Source: Macrostomum lignano
Taxonomy: Eukaryota
Direction of reading: 5' to 3'
Length of the DNA: 64,000 bases
Assembly (NCBI GenBank): GCA_002269645.1
Contig: NIVC01002063.1
Location: 62,001-126,000 of the forward strand
Under the pieces are notes generated by a model that saw only the letters and a list, made by a program, of their open reading frames with translations, had not been told where the DNA came from and made no database searches. Numbering within the stretch: the stretch's first letter is position 1; each line of letters opens with the position of its first letter. Shown piece by piece: positions 37,001 to 48,325 of the stretch. The position numbers were made by a program, and so were the translations under genes.

Positions 37001-40000
37001 ATGCGATTTCGGGTACAGCTTGAGTTGCATCGACACCTGACGCCAGTCAATTCTGCCGGTGGCCTGGATGAATGGAAGCAGAATCTTTCTACACTGAGTG
37101 ACCTAAGTCTGTTATTTGGAGGGTTCTATTGCGGGGGCGCCAGAGGCGCCAGCACCAGAATCGCCAGCACCAGAGGCGCCAGCACCAGAGGCGCCAGCAC
37201 CAGAGGCGCCAGCACCAGAGGCGCCAGCACCAGAGGCGCCAGCACCAGAGGCGCCAGCACCAGAGGCGCCAGCACCAGAGGCGCCAGCACCAGAGGCGCC
37301 AGCACCAGAGGCGCCAGCACCAGAGGCGCCAGCACCAGAGGCGCCAGCACCAGAGGCGCCAGCACCAGAGGCGCCAGCACCAGAGGCGCCAGCACCAGAG
37401 GCGCCAGCACCAGAGGCGCCAGCACCAGAGGCGCCAGCACCAGAGGCGCCAGCACCAGAGGCGCCAGCACCAGAGGCGCCAGCACCATGGACTTCCCATC
37501 TTGTCCCGCACTGCACACAAAACCGCACCTGAGTAGCAATGGACTCGTTAACAGCGGACACCACAGACGCCGCGGCCACCGTCTCACTGCTGGCTTCGGC
37601 CGGCGCTGGCAACTGCTGCTCCTGACTGCGCGACCTGCGATGCCGGGACAGCCAGCGTTGGGCGCAGGCCAGCGGAGGTCGCACCTTGCCCTGGGATGAG
37701 CTCAGTGCCGCTGACACGGGGCCCCAGTTGCGTTCGCCAAGCTCATCAACCAGAGCGATTAGACGAGCGTCCTCTGCAGGTTTCCATGCCGACCTGGTTG
37801 GTGGGTGGATTGAGTTATTAGCAGCGATTTTTGACGGATTTTAAGGATTTTTAATTGGACATTGGTGACTTAGGACTAGGGATTAGCAATCAGGGACTAC
37901 AGATTAGCGATTAGGGACAATGGATTAGTGACTAGGGACAATGGATTAGCGACTAAGGACAATTTATTAGCGATTAGGAACTAGGGATTAGTGGTTAGGG
38001 ACAAGGGATTAGTGATTAGTGACTAGAGATTAGTGATAAGGGTGTAGTGATTAGTGATTAGGCAGTCAGTCAAATGAATCGCTCACGAGTCAATGCCAGG
38101 CCTGAGCACATTGGCGTACGCCAGTCTCAAACTCCGAGCGGTGAGCTGCACAATGCCGGTGCTTGGTCTCTGCCCTTCTAAGTCCGACAATACCGCGTCG
38201 AAATTGATGAGGCCAGCACCGCCATTTGGTCCTTCGGCAGCCAGTCTGCCCAGCAACTGATCCGTGCTAGAATTTTGCAATCGTTTAATCTCCGAGTCCA
38301 GCTCGGCCGCGGCTATTCGAGTGGACTTAATGGCCGACGATAAAGCGGCCGAGCTGCGCATCCGTTCGGCCAGTCCGGCCTGACGGGACAGCAGAGGCCG
38401 GAGTCGAGTCTCCCGATAAAATTCTGCCACTAATTGCAGAAGTTTTTTCAGACATCCCTGCCTGTTTGACAGACTGGAAACTTTGCCGGTGTACAGCGCC
38501 GAGCTGCCAGCAAAGGTGGCCAGATTGGCCAGACACAGCTCCGCCCGGTTGCGCTTTTGAAGGCCGTCAGCGTTTGGCGGGCAAACAATTCTGGGTGTGC
38601 GGTGGCGAGCGGGGAGGCCAAGTGTACATTGGGAAAGGGGTAAGATTTTTTAAAGCTAGTGTACATTGGGGGTAGAGATTTATTGAAGCTAGTGTACATT
38701 CAGAGTAGAGATTTTTTGAAGCTAGTGTACATTCAGGGTAGAGATTTTTTGAAGCTAGTGTACATTGGGGGTAAGAGATTTTTTAAGCTAGTGTACATTG
38801 GGGGTAGAGATCTTTAAAGCTAGTGTACGTTGGGGGTAGAGATTTTTCAGCTAACGTACATTGAGGGTAGAGATTGTTTGAAGCTAGTGTACATTGAGGG
38901 TAGAGATTGTTTGAAGCTAGTGTACATTGGGGGTAGAGATTTTTAAAGCTAGTGCACATAGGAGGCGTAGAGATTTTTTAAAGCTAGTATACATTGGGGG
39001 TGATTTTTAAAAGCTAGTGCACATTGGAGGGGTAGAGATTTTTTAAAGCTAGTGTACATTGGGGGTAGAGATTTTTTAAGGCTAGTGTACACTGATAGTG
39101 TACATTAGGGATAGAGATTCTTTAAGGTTCACCAACCTTGAGTTTCCTGAATCGTAGACGGAGAAAAACGGCGACCTAATCAGACCCCGTCTGGCCAGTC
39201 GCAGCTGCGGCAGCCGGCCGCCACCCAGCAGCATCGAAGCTGAGGCCGCCCCGGCAGCAGCTTCGTGATCGTCGCTAGCGGCTACACCCGGTGCTCCAGC
39301 ACCATAGCCCAGCGACAGCATCAACTGACAGCTGGTGCCAACGTCCCCGAGTTTCTCGGCGTCGCCTTCCAACGCCGACTTGCTTGCGGCCACTTCGCTG
39401 ATGCGAGATTCTACTCGGCGAAGGCACTCGGCAACGAGCTCCTAGGAGGTTGAAAATATGGAAGATATGGAGGATACTATCGCGGGATATTAATTCCCCC
39501 TACAATGGGATAAAAGTTCCCTCTACAATGGGATAGTGATTCCCCCTACAGTGGGATAATAATTCCCCTACGATGGGATAATGATTCACTCTACCATGGG
39601 ATAGTGATTTCCCCTACTATCAGATAAGAATTCACCCCTCTAATGGGATAATGAAATGATCCCCCTATAATAGTATAATGATTCCCCTCTACAATGGGAC
39701 AATGATCCACCACAATGGAATAATGATTCCCCCTACAATGAAATGATTCTCTACAATTGGAGAATGATTCCCCTTACAATGGGATGATGATTCCCCCTAA
39801 AATTGGATAATGATTCCCCTACAATGGGATAATAATTGCTCCAGAATGGAATAATAATTTCCCCCTATAATGGGATAATGACCCACCTACAAAGGGATGA
39901 TGATTCCCCCTATAATGGGATGACAATTCCCCCTATAATGGGATGACAATTCCCCCTATAATGGGATAATGATTCCTCCTACAATGAGATAATAATTATG

Positions 40001-40309
40001 CTACACTGGGGCAATGATTCTCCCACAAAGAGCTAATGTCTTCGCACCATCTAACACTAATTGCTGTCATACACATACCTGCAGAGTCTGATTGATAACC
40101 AGCACAGTCTCAGCATCGCAGGGAATTTCCCCATCCTCAGCATTGCGCAAAGCAATCAACAGGCTGGAGGCTTTGAAGTCAACCTCATCTTCTGGATTGT
40201 CAAAATATTCCTCTGGATTTTGATTGCCACTGTCTATGGCATTATTGCCTTCTATTGGTGCAGCCTTCTCACACTTGGCTATGACCAAGGGATTTTCAGG
40301 GTTGATGTC
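32412..40309 (-). CDS. SNAPC4: snRNA-activating protein complex subunit 4 (SNAP190, multi-Myb repeat); first exon not located
   Basis: Exons 40309-40079, 39441-39137, 38590-38087, 37793-37529, 37102-36858, 35728-35221, 34574-34182 and 33842-32412 all join in phase (3882 nt). IPCDAETVLVINQTLQ/ELVAE resembles human LPEDPETCLQLNMVYQEVIQE; RSPFF and VCPPNAD resemble MKPYF and GPPANED. Myb repeats: PGIDSSAWKPAEDARLIALVDELGERNWGPVSAAL; APDLGYDWPASDRLRLLMAVDQFGPFRFFRIAQYVGTRTDLACR; WSYADDRRL...WTDLLSMFPGRSAPGLAWRW. Confidence 0.85.
33925..34158. repeat. (GACA)n microsatellite
   Basis: Directly visible. Confidence 0.95.
34610..35158. repeat. Minisatellite, ~58-bp G-rich unit
   Basis: GCCCCAGATGTGCATTATCGGGGGTTGTGGGGGAAAGGGGTCTGGCTGATAACTCTCT, about 9-10 copies. 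Confidence 0.93.
35760..36670. repeat. Polypurine array (GGAGGAGGGATA/GGGATAAA)
   Basis: Directly visible. Confidence 0.9.
37135..37487. repeat. Near-perfect 15-bp array (CAGAGGCGCCAGCAC), intronic
   Basis: Lies between the donor at 37528 and the acceptor at 37103 of SNAPC4. Confidence 0.95.
37850..38065. repeat. Degenerate GATTAG-rich tandem repeat
   Basis: GATTAGTGACTAGGGA-like units. Confidence 0.75.
38620..39085. repeat. Minisatellite, ~32-34 bp unit (GCTAGTGTACATTGGGGGTAGAGATTTTTTAAA)
   Basis: Directly visible. Confidence 0.9.
39490..40020. repeat. Degenerate 23-bp minisatellite (GGGATAATGATTCCCCCTACAAT)
   Basis: Directly visible. Confidence 0.85.
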
Positions 40310-41866
40310 CTGCAGTTATTTTTGATACATATTGGATCATTTAGTTTCTAATTAGGGCATACAGAGACATTTTTCTGCCTATAAAACTACATTGACAATG
40401 TTTTGCTACACCAGAATAGAGCAATGCAGATACATAACATTTAAGAACATAAGCTAACTTTTTGACGCAAACCTTCTTAAACAAGAAACAAGTCACCAGA
40501 CCCCCAGAGTGTCAACAATTCTACCAAAAGAACAGATTTTTTCTATAAGTGCTAGTGTATTTACAATGTATCCCTCTGTGCCAATTAGCAGTGTCTTAGT
40601 ATAGCCTCAAGATACCCAACTGCAAAATTTTTTCTAATATCACTAAATAAGCATCAATGATTGGAAAACCTAAATTATTGGAAATATTTAGTTAGTCTCT
40701 TAAGCATTCATTCATCAGATGGCAGAATTATGGACATCCAAAAAAGATTTTATCATTAAACTCATATATACATAATAGTTTTATAACTATATAATAGAAG
40801 CTACTATATAATACTTAAATGCTAATATATAGAGATAGGACAAAAAGAAACAAAAAGTCTATTAGTCAAAAGCTAAGCAATAAATATTAGAAAATTTAAA
40901 TAAATTGATATAAGGATAAAAATATTCATTTAAATTAAATATACAATATATCTAGTCTATATATTTCTATAAAACAAGCCTATTAATACCATTTCTATTA
41001 GTATCAATATAATTATCATACAAATAGGAAGTCCAAAAAAAAATTTTATTAGGAACTCAAAATTTAATATAAATATTATTGTCAAGTAAAGTCCCAACTT
41101 ATTAGACCTAATATTATAAGTGAGTGATCATTCAGTTTTCATAGTTAATGATGATAGCATAAAAAACATGTTGCCAATTATGAGATAGATAGGTCACTTT
41201 AAAAATTATAAATATAAGGTTTAAACTTTTAAATGTTGGCTTGTAAAACATTTTTTTTAGAACCAAATAAAATTCAAATCATAGGACATAGCTACAACCT
41301 GCAAGCTCAGATAAAAAGAAGAGAATGAATAAGCCTAAAGAGAAAGGGAAAATAAGTATTAAGAGATAATAAAAGAAAAAAATATGTAGAAAATAGGGGT
41401 TAGACAATATAATTTTTTTAGATTTATGCTTTTAAGGTAATTGAGATTTAAGATTAAGCCAAATTAGTATCTAGTAGGCCTATTCTGTCTATTTACACTA
41501 TTCTATCTATCAATGCTAATATTAGGCCTATTATTTGTTAAGTATATATACCTATCTATAATGATAATAATAAAAAGAAAATCAACTTATATAATATTGA
41601 GCTTGTTGCTATGTTAATAACTTGGTATATATCAAATATAAATAAAATAATATTGCAGTCACTAATAGTCATATAGTCATAACCATAAATCTTGACTTTT
41701 TAAGATCTTAAAACTGAGATCAATATTGAAAAAGTGCTTAAATCTTGACAATCAAGGTCAATATCTTGTTTGAACTTTAGTAAGAAAAGAGACATGGTCA
41801 TAAGAGGATTTATAAATTATAATAAAAGAATAAGATCTAGGTTTTCTGCTGGCACTAAGATGCAAA

Positions 41867-43124
41867 AGGCTATAGGTCAAAAGACAATTGATCAAAAAGG
41901 TGATCCTAGTCAAAAGGGCAATAGTCACAAGGATGATAGTCAAAAGGGCAATAAGCATAGTTTATTTATTTAAATTATAAGTTCCATGCATTAGAAGCTT
42001 ATATTGGTTAAAATTTACAAGTAGTAAATTGTTAAAATTTATTTGTTATATTTGTTGAAGCATTTATTAAAATGTATAAGCAGTTAAAATGTATTAGACT
42101 TGTATTTGTTGTAATGTATTTGTTAAAATGTGGTTTAGTGAGGTCTATTTATTTTACTAACTGCCTTCAGTAGATCATCCACTGAGTATAAAGAGTAACT
42201 TTCTTTAATTTAGATGTAGCAAGCATTTAGCACTTGTATAGTCTTATGACTATAAGCCTAATGAATGAAATAAATAAAATTGAACTGAACCATGTTTTAA
42301 TGTACATTAATGAATAATGTATATATATATATATAATATACAGAAGGGTACTAGTCATTTTGGTGACAAGTTGCTTTTGTGATAGACACACTTCATTTTT
42401 TATGAAAAATTAAAGACACAATAAGTATTGTCATTTTGGTGATAAGAGGCACTTTATAATGTTAGCTTGTAGTTATTTTGTTAAGATTTATGCTTTATAC
42501 ATATATATTTAATAATTTTTGTTGAAAGATTAATATACTTAGAAAAACAAATAAAATTATAATTATGTTGTTTTTTTCCTATACAGCTCGTTTTGTATTG
42601 TCCCAGAGTTTTCAGACACCTAAACCATAAACCTATATAGAGAATCGTCATGAAATGCCGACCACAAGAAAAGCAAAAATTGACGCTGGAACACATTTGG
42701 ATTGAAAAACAATTCAAAAGACGCAACTCTTTAGTTGTAAATAAACAAAATTAAATAAAACAGAACTTAACCTTTTCAAATAATTAGGCCCCTATAAAAC
42801 TTTAGGTTCAATATCCTTTAAGATTTTGCAAGCTAATTTTGTTTAAAAACAGAATGGCTATCACTTAAAAAGGTATTTTTCATGTCACCAAAATGACTTT
42901 TGCTTGTCACCGAAAGGACTGTCACTGAAATGTTGTCACCGAAACAACTGTAATCCATACAGAATACCAACATATACAATTCTAATATATCAAACTATTG
43001 TAGGCCTATATTTTAACAAATACACATATAAGTACAAATACATTAAACAAATCATACAAGTCTAATACCCTGTTGCCCTTTTGATCTATCACCCTTTTAA
43101 TATGTTGCCTTTTGACCACTTCCT
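41867..43124. mobile_element. Non-autonomous TIR DNA transposon (MITE), outer element
   Basis: Imperfect TIRs built of GGTCAAAAG/CAAAAGGGCAA motifs (41867-41955, inverted at 43072-43124). TSD GATGCAAA at 41859-41866 and 43125-43132. Confidence 0.7.
42346..42956. mobile_element. Non-autonomous TIR DNA transposon (MITE), nested inside the previous element
   Basis: Termini GGGTACTAGTCATTTTGGTGACA ... TGTCACCAAAATGAC ... TGTAATCC. The 8-bp TSD ATACAGAA is at 42338-42345 and 42957-42964. Confidence 0.78.
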
Positions 43125-44895
43125 GATGCAAAATTGCATCCAAGACCATAAGGTCCAATTTCAGGATTTGATTTAGAAAGTCAGGATATTATAGGGCCTA
43201 TAGCATTCTTATTGCATAAAAAATAAGCCTGGTTTTTTTTTTTGCTGGAGCCTGGTACTAAGATGCAAAATCACATCCAAGGTCTAATTTTAGAATGCGA
43301 TTTTGAAAGTCAGGATGCTATAGCCATGAACTAATAATAGCATCATAGCTATCATAGCTATCATAGCTAGCATCATAGCTATAGCATCAAGCATCATAGC
43401 TATGATGCTATAAACCTATAATTATAAAGAAAAAGATAAAAGGACAGACAAGAGTAAAGGAGATGAGATAAGAGGAGAGAGGAGAGCGAAGAGAAATGAG
43501 CTGAGAGGAGACAAAAACTTGAACCAGCAACCAGGCTGAATTGCAAGGCCTATTGTTAAATTGTAAACTTTTAAATGATTCGAGGGTCGCAGCGGATAGA
43601 GATTTTGCGGGCTGGCTGCTGACCCGCTGGTGACTGGCGTTGGCGAGTGTTTTCAGCTTTCCAAAGCTCTTACCCCTTACCCATAGGCATAGCTTAATCT
43701 GACTGAAACTCAACCAAGAAGCGAGGCTTCTTTAGTACGTAAGTAGTAGAACAACCCCGGTTAAAACAGAACTGTTCTTAGAAACATGGCAGGTTAAGGG
43801 TCACTTAAGTTTTCTATAAAGTTTTAACAAATAGACTAAAGAAAACAACTTTCTTAGGTTTTAAAGTTAATTTTAACTGCAAGGTGTTTTTTCGAAAGTG
43901 CTATTAGTTGCATAAATATCATTTATAAGATTTTTTGAAGACTGCGAAAAGTCTTAGGTACCGTTTTAGTTTTCCTCGCATTCCAAGAACAGGTTGACTG
44001 GTCTATAAACATTGTGTGGGATTTACCCTATTGATTCTTACACTGTGCTATTCAGTTAGCGGCTACTTTTGTATTGAACCAGTAAACACTAGTTACTTTT
44101 TTAAATTTAAAGGGTTTAGTTGTGTCTAATTGTATTTGAAGTAATTTCTACTTACCCAGCTATTTTTTACTTGATATATACGAGTATTATGCATGTATCA
44201 AACTCGAGACTAGAGAGCAGATGGCTCCGTCAAGACTTCAGACTCAGAGCCTAGAAACAGAATATTTAGTGTAGTCATTTACTGTATGTTATAAAATTCC
44301 TGCCAAATTTCATCATTATGTTATGCTTCATAAAAAAATGTCATGTGATTTGACTATAGCTTAGTTTTTAGTTGATTTTTAAAATTATACCTAAATTTAG
44401 AAAGAAAAAAACTAAATTGGCAATATCACAATTTTCTGACCAAATAAGTAAACCATATATTTTTTGCTGGTTTAGTCCAATCAACCATTCTGGTTTCTTT
44501 TCAACAACATAAATAGTTTAAATTTATTTGTGTCACACCCACTTCACATGGCATTAAATATTTTCTTTTGTATATTAGCCATGCTTTAAAACTTCTTAGA
44601 CTTTTGGTTCCATTAAGATGGTTTGTGCATTAGGGCGTAAATGATAAAATTTTTTAACTATTATACACTTTAAAACAAAAGCTCCATAAAAGATATGCTA
44701 AGGCCAAACAGATCCAAAATATGAGTACAAAAGGTTCCTATGAAAAGACAGAGCTACTATTTAAAAAGTATTTAAAATGCACTGCATGTCATCCCTAGTC
44801 ATCTAACAAATAAGGAAAATTCAAAGTTCAAATGAGGTTTCTAAATGAAAAATCAATTTGAATTAGTTTAAATTCAATGTGCTCAGACTTAGTTG

Positions 44896-46998
44896 TCAGA
44901 TATTATACCAGTCGAGTTGAGTCATGTCGTATGACCACTGATTGGTGCGCATTATGTCTCCAAGCAGTCGGCACAGGTGTCCATAGTCTGGCTCGTCCAT
45001 GTAGCGCAGGTTCAAAGTGTAGTCAAGGAACTGCACCTGAACGATTGTATTAGGAGCCTGTATTATTGTATTTAGCTGCACTCAGTCACTCGCTAACTCG
45101 CTCACTGAGCTTGATGACAAAATTGTTCATGAACTAGCTATGCCCATTCTGCTGGCACCTGAGCATGCACAAGCACGCAGACACTTACGCTGAGCTGTTT
45201 ACTGACTGAGCTACTCTGCTTACTCACCATCTGATGACAGAGATCTTTGCGCAGTTCAGCAGCCTTCTGTCCCGACGTGTAATCAGTTTTGACCTGTCTA
45301 ACCGCTTCGTCCAAGCTCAGCCCCATCTCTTTGTACTTTAAGCCCTGCCAGGGTAGGTGACCCTTGATAAAGTAGATGAGTATGTAAGCCAAGGAGATGA
45401 GGTCATCTCGGCGTGACAAAGACAGCTTGTTGTGCGCGTTCAAACTGCAGTAGCGAGGCGTGCCGACCAAACTGCGCTCCTTCAGCATGGGGTTGTGCTG
45501 GCCATTCGGCATCCGATAGGTGATGGCCAGGCCAAAGTCGATGATGTACAGCGTGTTGGACGTTTTACCAACGCCCATTAGGAAATTGTCTGGTTTGATG
45601 TCTCTGCCAAGGGAATGCAACACATATAATCAGATAGTTAGACAACATTGGCAAGTAGGTAGATAGTTAGGTAGGTATAAGGCAGGGAGGTAAGTTAATT
45701 TGCAAATCGATATGTAGGTAAACAGGTGTCCCACACCAGAGCTAACGGCAATTCTGCCCATTCCGCGGACTTCTGAGCAGGCACACAAGCGCGCCAATAC
45801 TGCACGCATGGGCATGCACGCACTCATACACTCGCTCACACAGGGTGTACAACGGCACTGACTTTCTAATCGTCAGGCAGTCTCCAGGTAGGTAGGCACA
45901 TGTAGGCAATCAGTTAGACAGACAGCTTGTTCTAAAGCTAGGCCTAATAAGAAGGGGGGCCGTAGCCCAGCGGTAGCGCAGCTGCTCTGGTGTGCCAGCG
46001 ACCCAGGCTCGATTCCAAGCGCAGTCACATTAATTTGGGGCTGAATTGGAATCTCGGCTTGGCTCTGCTCGTGCAATTAACGGCCTTGAGAGCCAACCCC
46101 CCAAGGCGCAGTGAAGTGTACATGACTAACGATAAATAAAGTTAGGGCCGCTGTACACCCCTGTGCGAGTGTGTGCCTGCGTACGTATCCGCGCGCTTGT
46201 GTGCCTGCTCAGGGGAGTCGGCGGAATGGGCAGTAATGCCTCTTGCCGGTTGTGTGCCAATGTCGCTCAAAGTGCGCCAGGGTGCACACAACCCCCCTGC
46301 CTCTAATAAAAAATTGGCCTAATAAGATCTCTTAAGTATCGTTTAATCAGCACAGTACACGCTGTCTCACCTATGCAGGCACAGCTGCGAGTGTAGCGCT
46401 CTTAGTCGCACAATCATCTGCAGTCCCAGAATGCAGGCCGTTCTCAAGCAGAATCTGCCGCCGCAATAAGATTTGAGCTCTTCCAGATCCGGGCCGAGCA
46501 GATCCATCACCAGCAGGGTGTAGGTGTTCAGCTTAGTGTAGAAATGCACGGCCGGAATACCTGTGACACTGCGAAGTTTCAACAGGTAGCCCTTCTCTCT
46601 GGACAGAGTTCTCTCTTTGCCGTGACTGTGGGTCTCCCGCTTCACCGCCACCGACTGCGTCTCGCACTTGATGTCGACAGCTCTGTAGACGTCGCCAAAA
46701 GTTCCGGAGCCGAGTCGCTCAATAATTCGCCATCTGTCGTTGACCATCTCTTTGAGCATGCAGTTTTGCTGCTGATGCTGCTGCTGCTGATGCTGCTGTT
46801 GCATCTGCAGCTGCTGTTGCTGCTCATGGATATTGTCAACTGCGATCGACATTCCAACAGCTGCTGGGCTATTATTAGCCAAAATATTTTTGCCGCCGCC
46901 GCTATTAGAAGGAAGATTTGTTGCGTATCGATGTTGCTTCTGCTTTTGTTGGCTTTCAAAATTTCTTCTTTTGCCGGCGGCGCTTTTAGCGGAGCGCA
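44896..46998 (-). CDS. Casein kinase 1 family serine/threonine kinase (divergent), with a polyQ-rich N-terminus
   Basis: Exons ~46998(ATG 46852)-46371, 45603-45228, a putative micro-exon 45158-45144, and 45036-44896. Motifs: [81 protein letters not shown]. Confidence 0.9.
45730..45860 (-). mobile_element. Headless fragment of the SINE family A central domain (CK1 intron 1)
   Basis: CTGCCCATTCCGCGGACTTCTGAGCAGGCACACAAGCGCGCCAATACTG is inverted relative to the adjacent full copy. Confidence 0.7.
45953..46315 (+). mobile_element. tRNA-derived SINE, family A, with 12-bp TSD
   Basis: A box TAGCCCAGCGG, B box GGCTCGATTCC and an A-rich 3' end. Flanked by the direct repeat GGCCTAATAAGA at 45941-45952 and 46316-46327. 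Confidence 0.85.
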
Positions 46999-47419
46999 CT
47001 GGGAGTAGACTTATTTTCCCTATTTGAGCTGGGCTGACTTTTAATTCCCTAAATCTATGGTGGCAATAGAAAACTAATCTACAGTAAGCTTACAGATAAC
47101 TTATTTTGGCAAGACTTTCTTGCTTCGTTTGGAATATAATATAAAATATAAGCTGAATTTTGCCTACTGCAGAAGCTGCTACTGCGTTAGTCAGTTGGAC
47201 TCAACTTAAATAAAGTCTTTGCCAATTAGTCAGTGCGTTCAATGGGAATCGCTTGCCTAGGGGAAAAACTTAGTATGATATTATATTATGCTTTTGTCTA
47301 TGGCCGAATGGTGCGAATGTCTCACACATCTTGATATTTTAAATTAATTTGCATTTCAAAAGTAAAAGTACATGAGAATATTCTAGAACTATATTACAGT
47401 ATATATTTTGTAACTAATG

Positions 47420-48235
<816 letters not shown>

Positions 48236-48325
48236 GCCTCCCTGTCACCTATCAATACTTCACCCTATATTCCCACTAAAAGCCGATTTGCAGACCCCAG
48301 CACCGCAGCCAGCACACCAACTCGC

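Noticed and set aside
37112-37717. (GAGAS)n / (APEAP)n ORF as a silk-, elastin- or mucin-like protein
   Set aside because: The 15-bp array lies between a SNAPC4 donor (37528) and acceptor (37103). It is open in all frames because the unit has no stop codon.
44200-44650. Possible additional DNA-transposon remnant (GCCAAATTTCAT motif)
   Set aside because: No matching terminal inverted repeats or TSD could be identified by eye.
44896-46998. Direct ortholog of nematode PRDE-1
   Set aside because: Only generic CK1 motifs are visible and the catalytic residues are intact. Orthology cannot be supported without a phylogeny.
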